This document shows, piece by piece, positions 19,492 through 29,185 of a DNA stretch of 53,935 bases (its first letter is position 1; each line of letters begins with the position of its first letter). The stretch is from an uncultured Fibrobacterota bacterium (GTDB lineage: Bacteria > Fibrobacterota > Chitinivibrionia > Chitinivibrionales > CAYFVL01). Made by a program: the position numbers and the translations under genes. The notes under the pieces are model-generated. The model saw only the letters and a program-made list of their open reading frames with translations, was not told the origin of the DNA and made no database searches. The stretch is from the NCBI GenBank assembly GCA_964346405.1, contig CAYFVL010000003.1, forward strand, positions 1 through 53,935, in the 5' to 3' direction.

Positions 19492-21357
19492 TCAGTCCAG
19501 GACAAATTCATCTTGCCACCAGTTATCGTTTTCCAAGACAGACTGGTCGGATTTAGACAGCAAACAATTCCCCAACACCACAAAATCCATCTCAGTTCGC
19601 ATAAAACATCTGTACGCGTCCTCCGGCGTGCAGACTATTGGCTCTCCACGCACATTGAAACTGGTGTTCACTAGTACAGGGCATCCACTGTGCTCTTTGA
19701 AAATCTCAAGCAGCCGGTAAAATCTCTCATTTGTTTCTTTATGGACAGTCTGTAATCGCGCGGTGAAATCTACATGAGTTACAGCAGGAACACTGGATCG
19801 AATGACGTATAAGCGTTCAAGCATGCTGAGATTTTCATAATTCCGGGGAAGCTCATTTCGCACCTCTTCCTTAACGCTAGCCACATACTGCATGTATGGA
19901 GAGGTTTCTATAGTATTGAAGTAGGTGGAAGCATCCTGGGCCAATACAGCAGGTGCAAATGGTCGAAATCCCTCACGGTATTTAATCTTCAGGTTCAGTT
20001 TCTTTTGCATCTCCGGGTGTCGAGGGTCTCCCAGGATGCTGCGATTACCTAAAGCCCGAGGCCCCCACTCCATTCTTCCCTGGAACCACCCTACAACGCA
20101 TCCTTTCTCGAGAAGTGATACGACGTTAGTGCACAGTTCATCGAACCCCCCAAAGCTCCGAAATGGCGCATCATACCTTCGTAAGGCGTTCTTAATGTCT
20201 CTTTCAGTGTATTCCGGCCCAAGGTATGCTCCTTTCATGCGGTCATACTTGCCGTCGCACGGAAAGCGATTTCGCCTAAATCCAATGCACGAGACGGCGT
20301 ATGCGGCTCCCAGAGCACCTCCGGCATCCCCGGCGGCAGGCTGTATCCAAATGTCCTCAAAAATACCCGACCGCAGCAATTTCCCATTTGCTACGCAGTT
20401 GAGTGCAACTCCGCCGGCCAATACGCAATTCTTCATACCGGTGAGTTCCCTTGCAGTTCTTGCGAGTCTAAGAACGGCTTCCTCCGTAAACCTCTGAATA
20501 GCAAGGGCCAGATCCATGTATTTTTGAGAAATTTCAGTTTCGGGACTCCTTTTTGAGATTCCAAACAATTTGTTCCATTTTTTATCACGACACATTCGAA
20601 GTCCCGTTGTGAAAGCAAAATAGGACATATTCAGTCCTACACTTCCATCTTCAGCCAGACACACCAGTTCTTCCCTGATTTTCCTCTCGTATTCGTCAGC
20701 CTGACCCGGTGAGCCGTACGGAGCAAGTCCCATCAATTTGTATTCTCCGCTATTCACCCTAAATCCGCAGTAATAGGTGAACGCAGAATACAACAAACCC
20801 AGCGAATGAGGAAAGTGCAATTCCTTTAGAATAGTGAGCCCCTCTGAATCTCCTTTTCCAATCGTGGTGGTTGACCACTCTCCGACGCCGTCAATCGTCA
20901 ATATGGCTGCCGAATCGAATGGAGAGGGATAGAATGCGCCCGCAGCGTGTGACAAATGATGCTCGGGGAAAAACAGAGGAGGAACCCTCCCCCCTTTGTT
21001 GGCCACTGATACAAGCTTTCTCTGAATGTTTTGCTTTGTAAACAGCTTCTCCTTAATCCAGACCGGAGCAGCTTTGAGAAAGCTTGGGTAACATCCGGGG
21101 GCAGTCGCATGAAAAGTTTCCATCAGACGTTCGAATTTCAAATAGGGCTTATCATAGAACGCTACGGCAGTGAGGTCTTCAATCCCCAAGCCGGCCTCCC
21201 GGAGAACATATTCTACCGACCGTAGAGGGAATCCGGCGTCGTGCTTCTTACGACTAAACCGTTCCTCGTGCGCCGCGGCTATAATCTCCCCATCCACCAG
21301 AAGCGTGGCTGCGCTGTCGTGATAGTATGCGGATATTCCTAAAATGGACTCTGACAT
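19492..21357 (-). CDS. CmcH/NodU-family carbamoyltransferase (SxtI-like)
   Basis: Motifs ILGISAYYHDSAA, EERFSRKKH, EHHLSHAA, DGVGE, GEYKLMGLAPYG, GGVALNC, GPRALGNRSIL and NTSFNVRGEP. No signal peptide. Confidence 0.96.
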   Translation of the reverse strand: MSESILGISAYYHDSAATLLVDGEIIAAAHEERFSRKKHDAGFPLRSVEYVLREAGLGIEDLTAVAFYDKPYLKFERLMETFHATAPGCYPSFLKAAPVWIKEKLFTKQNIQRKLVSVANKGGRVPPLFFPEHHLSHAAGAFYPSPFDSAAILTIDGVGEWSTTTIGKGDSEGLTILKELHFPHSLGLLYSAFTYYCGFRVNSGEYKLMGLAPYGSPGQADEYERKIREELVCLAEDGSVGLNMSYFAFTTGLRMCRDKKWNKLFGISKRSPETEISQKYMDLALAIQRFTEEAVLRLARTARELTGMKNCVLAGGVALNCVANGKLLRSGIFEDIWIQPAAGDAGGALGAAYAVSCIGFRRNRFPCDGKYDRMKGAYLGPEYTERDIKNALRRYDAPFRSFGGFDELCTNVVSLLEKGCVVGWFQGRMEWGPRALGNRSILGDPRHPEMQKKLNLKIKYREGFRPFAPAVLAQDASTYFNTIETSPYMQYVASVKEEVRNELPRNYENLSMLERLYVIRSSVPAVTHVDFTARLQTVHKETNERFYRLLEIFKEHSGCPVLVNTSFNVRGEPIVCTPEDAYRCFMRTEMDFVVLGNCLLSKSDQSVLENDNWWQDEFVLD

Positions 21358-21545
21358 AGTTCTGCGGTATTCTCCAAGGCCAAATCAGGCCTGATTGCAA
21401 ATCATTTTAGTATCGAACTTGAAGCGAGCAACGCCTTGAACACGTATTCTTACCTGATCGAATGGCCTCTTGCTTCCATAAGCTACACTCATCGTTTGCC
21501 ACCTTCTCGGATTAGCCTACATGACCGCCGGACAAGATCTCCCTG

Positions 21546-21695
21546 TTAGAATATAGTATAGATAAAAGGGGCCAGCGCACTTCCTCCGGCAAAAAACAAT
21601 AAGCTACCGATAAGGAGTAGCGAGACGACGGCTGGGATTAACCAGTATTTTTTTCTCACTCTCAGGAAGTTCCACAGATCGCGAATGGTTTCCAT
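21546..21695 (-). CDS. DUF5989/SxtK-like 49-aa single-pass membrane peptide
   Basis: Below the ORF-track cut-off; translated by hand as METIRDLWNFLRVRKKYWLIPAVVSLLLIGSLLFFAGGSALAPFIYTIF. GAGG RBS lies upstream. Confidence 0.9.
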   Translation of the reverse strand: METIRDLWNFLRVRKKYWLIPAVVSLLLIGSLLFFAGGSALAPFIYTIF

Positions 21696-21704
21696 ATTTC
21701 AACC

Positions 21705-22112
21705 TCAATAAGGGTTACGCAGGTCATCGATTTCAAAAAGCTTGTTCCTGTCGATGAAGAATGAATGTACATGCTTCCTGTCAAACCGTTCTCGCAACGG
21801 ATCTTCGCCGAAAAGTCTTCTCATTAGTCCAATTGGTGTAATGATCAGCATGAAAATGACCGAAAGGAGAATCCTTGATACGACCTCCCCAAGCAACCGC
21901 GACAATCCGAACCACAAGACAGCGAATGGTTTGAACACCACAGGAGCCCCCATCGCAAGCACCAGAATTATCGTAGCACTCCAAAGGAAAGTCTTTTCTT
22001 TAACCATCATGGCAAGAAGAAGACTCAAAAGTACAAGTGCGAGAGCTGAATCTTTGGCCTGCTCGGTAGATACCGGTCCTATCCTTTTGAACAACTTGTA
22101 AGCGCCCCTCAC
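21705..22112 (-). CDS. SxtJ family membrane protein
   Basis: Motifs P...KP...LW.GL...LG.VVSRILL..IF..IITPIG..RR..G.DPL, ending RNPY. The start overlaps the upstream stop. Confidence 0.88.
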   Translation of the reverse strand: MRGAYKLFKRIGPVSTEQAKDSALALVLLSLLLAMMVKEKTFLWSATIILVLAMGAPVVFKPFAVLWFGLSRLLGEVVSRILLSVIFMLIITPIGLMRRLFGEDPLRERFDRKHVHSFFIDRNKLFEIDDLRNPY

Positions 22113-23311
22113 CGGACAACCCCCTTGTACTCATCCAGACACAAATTCAGAACCCCGGATTCTTCAAGATCCCGGACAATTATCTGCCCTGCCAGCAGCG
22201 AGCCGGAATCATTCAAATGCATTATGTCGTAAAAGTAACCTTTTCTGGGGGGGACATGTCTCTCAAGATCCACACAGACGATATTGTTCATCTTGCTTTC
22301 TGTTCGGACAATTTCGTTGAATCTTTTGTGCAAATCGTAAAATGCTTCCATACTCAACCCTACTGTCTGCAAACGTTTCATATACTCCCTCGTAAAGGCA
22401 TCCGGCATCGGCGACAGACGGGTAGCCTGTGTCATCAGAACAGGCTCAATTCCGTTGCTTCGACAGACGGCGATAAACGTGCGAAGAAGCTTGGTGTATT
22501 CCTGTTCCAACATAGTTTTGTCTATATTAACAGGTTTTCCACGGGCGGCAGCAAACTCATCCGGTGTTTCTCGGCTCAGAATGGCCCTCAGCCTTAGGCT
22601 TATGTTTGGCACCACAAGCTTCATCGCACTCTTTATCAATCCAGTTGGGGAACGCATTTCCTTTAGTGAATGGACTGTCCCCCGTGCCTCGCTCCAGTAA
22701 GAATCGGTATAGAGGAGGACTATGAGATCGTTCCAGTTTTGAAGCAAAACCGCCATATCCGGACCGACGGGTAACACCTTGTTCACCAATGTGTTCAAGG
22801 AGTGAAGCGTTGTATTTCCCGAATATGCCGCATTGATTGTATTCACTTTTCGTCTCGACTTGCTCAACAACTGTCCAACCACGACATGGAACCTGAACTG
22901 TTCAGATACAAATCCACATTCAGTTGTAGACCCGCCCAGAAACGCAATTACGTAATCGGGGCTGGAGTGTGTACTTGAAGGCATGATGAACCCGTTTTCG
23001 TCTATCCTCAGTTTGTATACCTTCTTACGCAGATTGTCCGTTTGTGTCATGTATTCCTCTGGTGGACTGAGACGGAGTGTCCTTAATGGAGGATACTCAC
23101 GCAGTTCAATGTACCGTTTCTCACCGAATACAGCCTCGCCTTCAGCCATGCCCAGTACTGTTTCAATTACCCCAATCACCACAAACAGTAAAATCATGTT
23201 GATCACGACAAGTGTTGCGGCTTTGTGATTCTCAAAAAAGGTCAATGCCTCACCATCCCTCTTATGATGTACCTGAACAACAACGGAATGTTCACACTTC
23301 ACGACACCCAT
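22109..23311 (-). CDS. Membrane-anchored SGNH/GDSL-fold protein
   Basis: N-terminal TM helix; blocks FLGGSTT, NAAYSG, QNWND and DIMHLNDSG (Ser and DxxH intact). Confidence 0.88.
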   Translation of the reverse strand: MGVVKCEHSVVVQVHHKRDGEALTFFENHKAATLVVINMILLFVVIGVIETVLGMAEGEAVFGEKRYIELREYPPLRTLRLSPPEEYMTQTDNLRKKVYKLRIDENGFIMPSSTHSSPDYVIAFLGGSTTECGFVSEQFRFHVVVGQLLSKSRRKVNTINAAYSGNTTLHSLNTLVNKVLPVGPDMAVLLQNWNDLIVLLYTDSYWSEARGTVHSLKEMRSPTGLIKSAMKLVVPNISLRLRAILSRETPDEFAAARGKPVNIDKTMLEQEYTKLLRTFIAVCRSNGIEPVLMTQATRLSPMPDAFTREYMKRLQTVGLSMEAFYDLHKRFNEIVRTESKMNNIVCVDLERHVPPRKGYFYDIMHLNDSGSLLAGQIIVRDLEESGVLNLCLDEYKGVVR

Positions 23312-23364
23312 CCGCGAGAGTTAGACAGTGTTCGTTATCCCGGAATCCCTTAGTGTAAGCAGGA

Positions 23365-24450
23365 TTAAAGATTCAGCCCTACCCCCATCTTGATGTACTG
23401 AAAAGTTGAAAGGTTGTATTGATGATAGCAACAACTCCGGCATACCTCAAACAACTCTTTGTCCAAACGCGAGATAAACATTTTTCGTTTCTCTCCGGAG
23501 AGTATTTCCCTTGCGGATTCAGATCTAAGTGAACCGTAGGAATAGCTGAAGTGAGAGCAAGGAATGACATCTCCATATGGTGTAATGACCATTCGATCTC
23601 TGACAATATGGCACCTTTTGATAGGGTAAACACCATGTAAGAAGTCCCTCTCCTTCAATCGAGATATCACGGTCGCTCTGATCGGAAAAGAGTTACACTC
23701 CTTCTTCATTCTGCTTAGCGTTTCCTTGAGTGTTTTCACCTCGTCCGGTTTCAGCAGCAAGGACCCTTCTTCGGGCACAAACCTGCGGTTGGCAATTGCC
23801 CTTCCCCCAAACATTGCGGATGTCACGCTTTCGTTTGAAGTCTCCGAGATATAATTAAGGTGCAGTTCATCGACATTCATGCCTTTCGCAATACGAAATA
23901 CTTGATGCAATGCTTTAACATTCAGACTGGATATGGTGGTATGAATTCTCAATTGAGGTTTTCGTCTATCTCCAAACCTGCCCCGATGCCTGACCAGGTT
24001 TTCTATCCCCTGGGTGAGATTCTCATGGGCGGTGTGTCCTCTTCTGATGCTGTTATGCAAGTCGGGAGGTCCGTCCATGGAGAGGGTAATCCCGTCCACT
24101 CCCGATTGTACTATCCGTTTGGCAGTTTCTTCAGTCAGCAACATGCCGTTTGTGGTCAGTATGCAGCTATTCCCTGACCGTTTGATATATTCGATTATTT
24201 GGGGGGTATCCTTCCGCATGAGCGGTTCTGCTCCTATGATCGCAAAACGCCTCTTCCCAACGCCCAGAAGCTGATCGATAACGCCGAACCATTCTTCGGT
24301 AGTCAGTTCCTGCTCGATACCTCGGTGAGAGTCTCGACGCAGACCACATGTCCTGCATCTAAGATTACAACGGTATGTTACTTCTAAAGCAGCGAAATCA
24401 TGCTTCCGCTTTTGTGAAAGCTTATCAAAAAAACCGGTAAGTGATGCCAC
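23365..24450 (-). CDS. Radical SAM protein with SPASM/twitch domain
   Basis: EVTYRCNLRCRTC, GAEPLMR, TTNG and SMDG, with C-terminal C...ITPYGDVIPC...CRSCC. Confidence 0.9.
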   Translation of the reverse strand: MASLTGFFDKLSQKRKHDFAALEVTYRCNLRCRTCGLRRDSHRGIEQELTTEEWFGVIDQLLGVGKRRFAIIGAEPLMRKDTPQIIEYIKRSGNSCILTTNGMLLTEETAKRIVQSGVDGITLSMDGPPDLHNSIRRGHTAHENLTQGIENLVRHRGRFGDRRKPQLRIHTTISSLNVKALHQVFRIAKGMNVDELHLNYISETSNESVTSAMFGGRAIANRRFVPEEGSLLLKPDEVKTLKETLSRMKKECNSFPIRATVISRLKERDFLHGVYPIKRCHIVRDRMVITPYGDVIPCSHFSYSYGSLRSESAREILSGEKRKMFISRLDKELFEVCRSCCYHQYNLSTFQYIKMGVGLNL

Positions 24451-24621
24451 AGTGTTTTCTCTTATACTTAGATTGATACGCTCAACGTACGAGAACGAAA
24501 TTACCTGAGAGAATGCCTGGAGGTGAATTACTCACACTAGGACTACCGTACCGCATGAAAGGGATACCTTCGCACGCACCTCGAATTCCATACTTTTTGC
24601 CAATCGGCAATTGAACTCGAA

Positions 24622-26097
24622 TCATACCGCGCCGGTACCCCGGACAACGGTCAAGGCTGTCTGGAAAAGTATCCTGAGATCAAGAGCCAGCGACCACTTG
24701 TCTATATAGGTGAGATCCATTTCCATCCATCTTTCAAACGAAACATTGCTGCGACCACTTATCTGCCAAATGCAGGATATCCCGGGTTTTACAGACAGCC
24801 GCCTCCTGAATGCATCATTTTCGAAACCGTTGTAATCACGCAATGGAAGTGGACGGGGACCAATGAGACTCATTTCACCCCGTAATACATTTATCAATTG
24901 GGGTAATTCATCAATACTTGTTCGTCTGAGGATTCTGCCGATTTTTGTTACCCTCGGATCCTCTTTCATCTTGAATACCGGCCCCGTGACGTCATTGCAC
25001 GCCTCCAGGCTTTTCAGCATACCCTCGGCGCCGGGAATCATTGTTCTGAATTTGTACATTTTGAAGATGCGTCTATTGAGGCCTATTCGCTTTTGAGAGA
25101 AAAGTATCGGTCCATGCGAAGAAGTCTTGATTGCGGCGGCAGTAATCAATAAAATGGGTGAAAGCAATAGAAGAAGTATCGTCGCGACTGTCAAATCCAG
25201 AAGACGTTTGGCAATGGATGCCCATCCATCGATCGTTTTGGTTTGATGGAAGACGGTGGCGATGTTGCCGATCAGGTGCGATTCGGTACTGAACTTCACG
25301 GAACTAAAAAATGCTGGTTCATACCGAACACTTATCCCCTGAAGCTCGCATTGTAGTAGGAGCTTTTCGAGCCAGGAATAGTATGACCTGAGAGGTAGTG
25401 CTACGAATACCTCATCCACCACGTGTTCTCGTAAGTATCCGAACACTTCATCCAAGGAACAAACTGTCCGTCGCCCCCCTGCGCGAAAGCCTTCCGCCCT
25501 CTTCCATTCGTCATCTGCGAATCCCTTCAGGCAATACCCGAGCAATTTATTGCCCTCGATACGTTGCGCAAAATCACACGCCCGTTCATTGGTACCAATA
25601 ATCAACACCCATCGAATATTTCGATTGTGCTTGTGGAGTATACGTTGGATCCCGCGCACAATCGTCCTGCTACCCAGAAGGGCCATACTAAAGGTAATGA
25701 AGAACGAGATGCCTATCTGCGGTGTTGCGAAAGGCTTTTGTTGTAACAGCATGATAACATAAACAATAGCCGAACATGTGGCACTCGCCTTCAACGCATC
25801 GATGAGTTCGGATTTGACGGACGTAAGGCGTTTGTTATGGTACAGACCGTACGCAACAAAGGTGTAGTGCCAGGAAAGAAGGAAGACGAACACAGTTAGC
25901 ATATCCTCAACAGAAACGTTCTTCGTAAGTAAGGTACGCAGAGAAGATGTGCCTTCGCTGTATTCAACGAGCCCCAGGGATACAAGAAAGCAACCTAAAC
26001 CCAGCACAAGATCACTAATCTTGAATACATCCCAAAGTATGCTACGTATTTTTGTATTCATGAGCCTGCCGAAATCATCTTGTAAAATTATGTGCAC
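24622..26097 (-). CDS. Undecaprenyl-phosphate sugar phosphotransferase (WcaJ/WbaP type)
   Basis: N-terminal TMs, a Rossmann-like domain, KRLLDL, FKMYKFRTM, DPRVT.IG..LR.TSIDELPQL.NVL.GEMSL.GPRP and KPG. The start may be 26061. Confidence 0.95.
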   Translation of the reverse strand: MHIILQDDFGRLMNTKIRSILWDVFKISDLVLGLGCFLVSLGLVEYSEGTSSLRTLLTKNVSVEDMLTVFVFLLSWHYTFVAYGLYHNKRLTSVKSELIDALKASATCSAIVYVIMLLQQKPFATPQIGISFFITFSMALLGSRTIVRGIQRILHKHNRNIRWVLIIGTNERACDFAQRIEGNKLLGYCLKGFADDEWKRAEGFRAGGRRTVCSLDEVFGYLREHVVDEVFVALPLRSYYSWLEKLLLQCELQGISVRYEPAFFSSVKFSTESHLIGNIATVFHQTKTIDGWASIAKRLLDLTVATILLLLLSPILLITAAAIKTSSHGPILFSQKRIGLNRRIFKMYKFRTMIPGAEGMLKSLEACNDVTGPVFKMKEDPRVTKIGRILRRTSIDELPQLINVLRGEMSLIGPRPLPLRDYNGFENDAFRRRLSVKPGISCIWQISGRSNVSFERWMEMDLTYIDKWSLALDLRILFQTALTVVRGTGAV

Positions 26098-26509
26098 CTC
26101 AGTCGATCCATTCAGGTTGTGATAGAAAATCGTACCATAAAATTAGAACCATATTAGCAGATGATATGTTTTTGGTGAGCCGACCGAATCCGTTCTGATG
26201 TTCCTATCTATTTATTGTCTGCATGGTCACAACTTGCCATCACCCGACTGTGGTCCGCCCCATGTTTTTTCTCTATACTCACTCTTCCCATATAAGCATT
26301 GTTCCTAACAGGAATAGAACGTATTCCGAATGGAATTCTCGTGGTATTCGGTCTTGGCCCTAGTTATTTTTGGTGAGAATTTACAGGAAAGTGATAAGGG
26401 AAGATCGGTCCGTTACTTTTACTTTTGTGTAAATGTACCCTTCCGATCGACAGCGGTTGTCCCGGCGAAGAGCCGCAGAGCCGACCTAACAAATACTCTC
26501 CGGCAAATT

Positions 26510-27424
26510 ATGATGTCTACAGGTAAGCAGACAATTCCGATGTCGAAGTCCGAAGCTGAGAATAGGAGTCCATTCCCACAGCTATTTGTAATTGGTGCTG
26601 CAAAGGCCGGCACAACTTCTCTGTACCACTACTGTAATCAGCATCCGCACATATTCATGAGTCCAATTAAGGAAACTAATTTCTTCGCACGACCATCCAA
26701 GAGGTTTTCATCACCTGTGAAGAATATCGATGAAGCCAAGTTCCCGATAAAATCTCTGCAGCAGTATCAGAGCTTGTTCGCAGAAGCCGGAGACGCTCGG
26801 GTTTGCGGCGAGGCATCTCCATTGTACCTGGAGACGCCCCAAACTGCCCGAAGGATAAAGGAGCAAAACCCTTCAGCCAAATTTGTGGCAATTTTGCGCG
26901 ACCCGGTGGATCGCGCGTATTCCGATTATCTTATGGGCAGAAGATACGGAGAGTATAAGGGGGGACTAAATGATGCAATGCAATGGAATTCCCACTTTGT
27001 TCAGGTGGGAAGGTATGCCCACAATCTTAGGCCTTTTCTCAAAGAATTCCCTCGAAAAAATTTCCGGTTTTTTCGATATGAAAATTTGAAGAGCGACCCG
27101 GCTGGGATGATGCGGGAGCTGTACCAGTTTCTTGATGTCGACCCGACCTTCACGCCCGACTTCTCAGTGGCACACAACCCTGGCGGCACCCCAAGAAGTT
27201 CAACGGTGAATCGCCTCTTGATCAACCAAGCCCTTCGACGAACGTTCAGAAGAATGTCACCGGCATGGCTTCGTGAACTGAGGTTACTTCTCGTCAAACG
27301 CAATCTTGGCCCGGCACCAGATCTGCCGACAAGCATTCGAAACGAGCTGAGAGAATACTACAAGGACGATATTCAAGAATTGGAGAAGATACTCGAGACG
27401 GATTTGTCGGATTGGCTTGAATGA
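26510..27424 (+). CDS. PAPS-dependent sulfotransferase
   Basis: 5'-PSB motif IGAAKAGTTSL, KE.NFF, GEASP.Y and 3'-PB motif LRDPVDRAYS. Start is uncertain (26330/26510/26540). Confidence 0.93.
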   Translation: MMSTGKQTIPMSKSEAENRSPFPQLFVIGAAKAGTTSLYHYCNQHPHIFMSPIKETNFFARPSKRFSSPVKNIDEAKFPIKSLQQYQSLFAEAGDARVCGEASPLYLETPQTARRIKEQNPSAKFVAILRDPVDRAYSDYLMGRRYGEYKGGLNDAMQWNSHFVQVGRYAHNLRPFLKEFPRKNFRFFRYENLKSDPAGMMRELYQFLDVDPTFTPDFSVAHNPGGTPRSSTVNRLLINQALRRTFRRMSPAWLRELRLLLVKRNLGPAPDLPTSIRNELREYYKDDIQELEKILETDLSDWLE

Positions 27425-27520
27425 AGCATTCCCTTTTTTGCTGGGCCTCGCCAGGATGCAGTGTAAACGTTCCGATAACGTTTACCTCCAGGCTGTGGTC
27501 AAACATACCGAAAGAATCGC

Positions 27521-28678
27521 ATGAATTGCAAAAATGAATCGGAGCATCCACGATGCGTCTGTATTGTTCGTGATCGGATTCTCCCCGTATCAGAGACATT
27601 CGTAAAGAATCAGGTTCTCTTCTTGCGGCGATACCGGCCTTTTTTGGTTGGCTCACGAAGAGTTAATGGCCTCGATACAGGGAACTTGGAATGCCATGTA
27701 ATAAACCCGGGGAACATACCGGGAAAAATCCTGGAACTGCAGTATAAAGTCTTCGGGTATGCACCATCCCTCGTTGATTCTATTCTAGATAAGAAGCCGA
27801 GCCTGATTCATGTGCATTTCGGAAAAGATGCCACTCTCTTTTTACCAATTCATGCTCAAATAGGTAAGCCGATGATAGTGACATTTCACGGGCTTGATGC
27901 CTACCAGGACGATCGATGGAGAAGAGGACAACCAAATCCTACCCAACACCTTTATCTCCGCCGTCGGGATCGGCTCATTAAGGAAGCCGACCGTTTTATT
28001 GCGGTTTCAGAAATGTGCAAGAGAGGTCTGCTCAGGCAAGGATACCCCGAGGACAGAATCACAGTACACCACATAGGTATCGATACCGATGCATTCTACC
28101 CCGCCACCAAGCCAAAACCCAATAGCTATGTGCTTTTTGTTGGGAGGCTGGTGGATTACAAGGGGTGTCGGCAGTTGATTCAGGCAATGCAGCCGGTTCA
28201 AGAAATCTTTCCAGAGCTGAAACTGATCATTATTGGCGACGGCCCGGATAGGGGCTCGCTGGAAAGATTGTCTTCGAGAACTCTTCGCGAATATCAATTC
28301 TTGGGTTCGTTACCACCTTCGGATGTTGCAGTGTGGATGAGAGGATCTCATATTCTCAGCGTTCCCAGCAAGTGGGAAGGGCTTCCGACCTGCGTGATGG
28401 AAGCAATGGCTTCGGGAGTACCATGTGCCCTTTTCGATATTCCGGGAACGCGCGAGGCGCTGGGTGAAGAACTCGGCAGGTATCTGATCAGGAATGGTGA
28501 TTGGAGGGAACTGTCACAAATGATTATGAGATTAACGAAAGACCATTCGCTTTACGAGTACCTAAGCGCGGTCGGTAGAAGGCGGGCACTTGACCGTTTT
28601 AATATTAGTCGTCAAACGGCCGTCCTTGAAAGCATCTATGATGAAGTAGTGGATCGGCATCCCCTTTTGCATGCATGA
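27521..28678 (+). CDS. Glycosyltransferase family 4 (WcaL-like)
   Basis: Motifs SETFV, HVHFG, TFHGLD, FVGRLVDYKG and EGLPTCVMEAMASG (EX7E). Confidence 0.93.
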   Translation: MNCKNESEHPRCVCIVRDRILPVSETFVKNQVLFLRRYRPFLVGSRRVNGLDTGNLECHVINPGNIPGKILELQYKVFGYAPSLVDSILDKKPSLIHVHFGKDATLFLPIHAQIGKPMIVTFHGLDAYQDDRWRRGQPNPTQHLYLRRRDRLIKEADRFIAVSEMCKRGLLRQGYPEDRITVHHIGIDTDAFYPATKPKPNSYVLFVGRLVDYKGCRQLIQAMQPVQEIFPELKLIIIGDGPDRGSLERLSSRTLREYQFLGSLPPSDVAVWMRGSHILSVPSKWEGLPTCVMEAMASGVPCALFDIPGTREALGEELGRYLIRNGDWRELSQMIMRLTKDHSLYEYLSAVGRRRALDRFNISRQTAVLESIYDEVVDRHPLLHA

Positions 28679-29185
28679 AAAAGGCTTACTTTCGATTGAT
28701 ATGATGCTGGATGCTCAAAGGGTGTCGAAAAGTTGTCTTGCAACGTGTTATGCAAAAAGAAAGACTTTCAGGGACAAGCTCGCCTTGTTCCGTCACCTCT
28801 TCCTCAGAAGCTAACCACAGTCGAACAGAGCAAAAGGGTGTTCCCGAATCAGGATTACTCAGATCCGTCTTTCACATCAGGTTGAAAGTCTTGTTACAAT
28901 CATCGCCGAGATCCCACTGGATGTAGATGTTTTTCCGATGCAAAAGCCACGCAGAAGACATCGATGGGTACATCCGGCAAGATGCAAAAAGACCAAAATC
29001 GAATCCAAATACAATCGTTTTTCAATAATCAGGCACTGGTTTATTGGAATAGCGTTTGTCGGCCTGCCTTGTTGCGTTGGCGGACGTTCCCGTCAATAGT
29101 ACCAAAACATCAGTATAAGCGAGGCACTTCATTGTCATGAACCGGTTTCCCATTTAGAATAGTCTTGGAGGTAGTTCGGAAGATG

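Noticed and set aside
19492-23311. Saxitoxin biosynthesis cluster
   Set aside because: Only sxtI/J/K/L-type genes are present. There is no sxtA, sxtG or other core gene, and the context is polysaccharide export.
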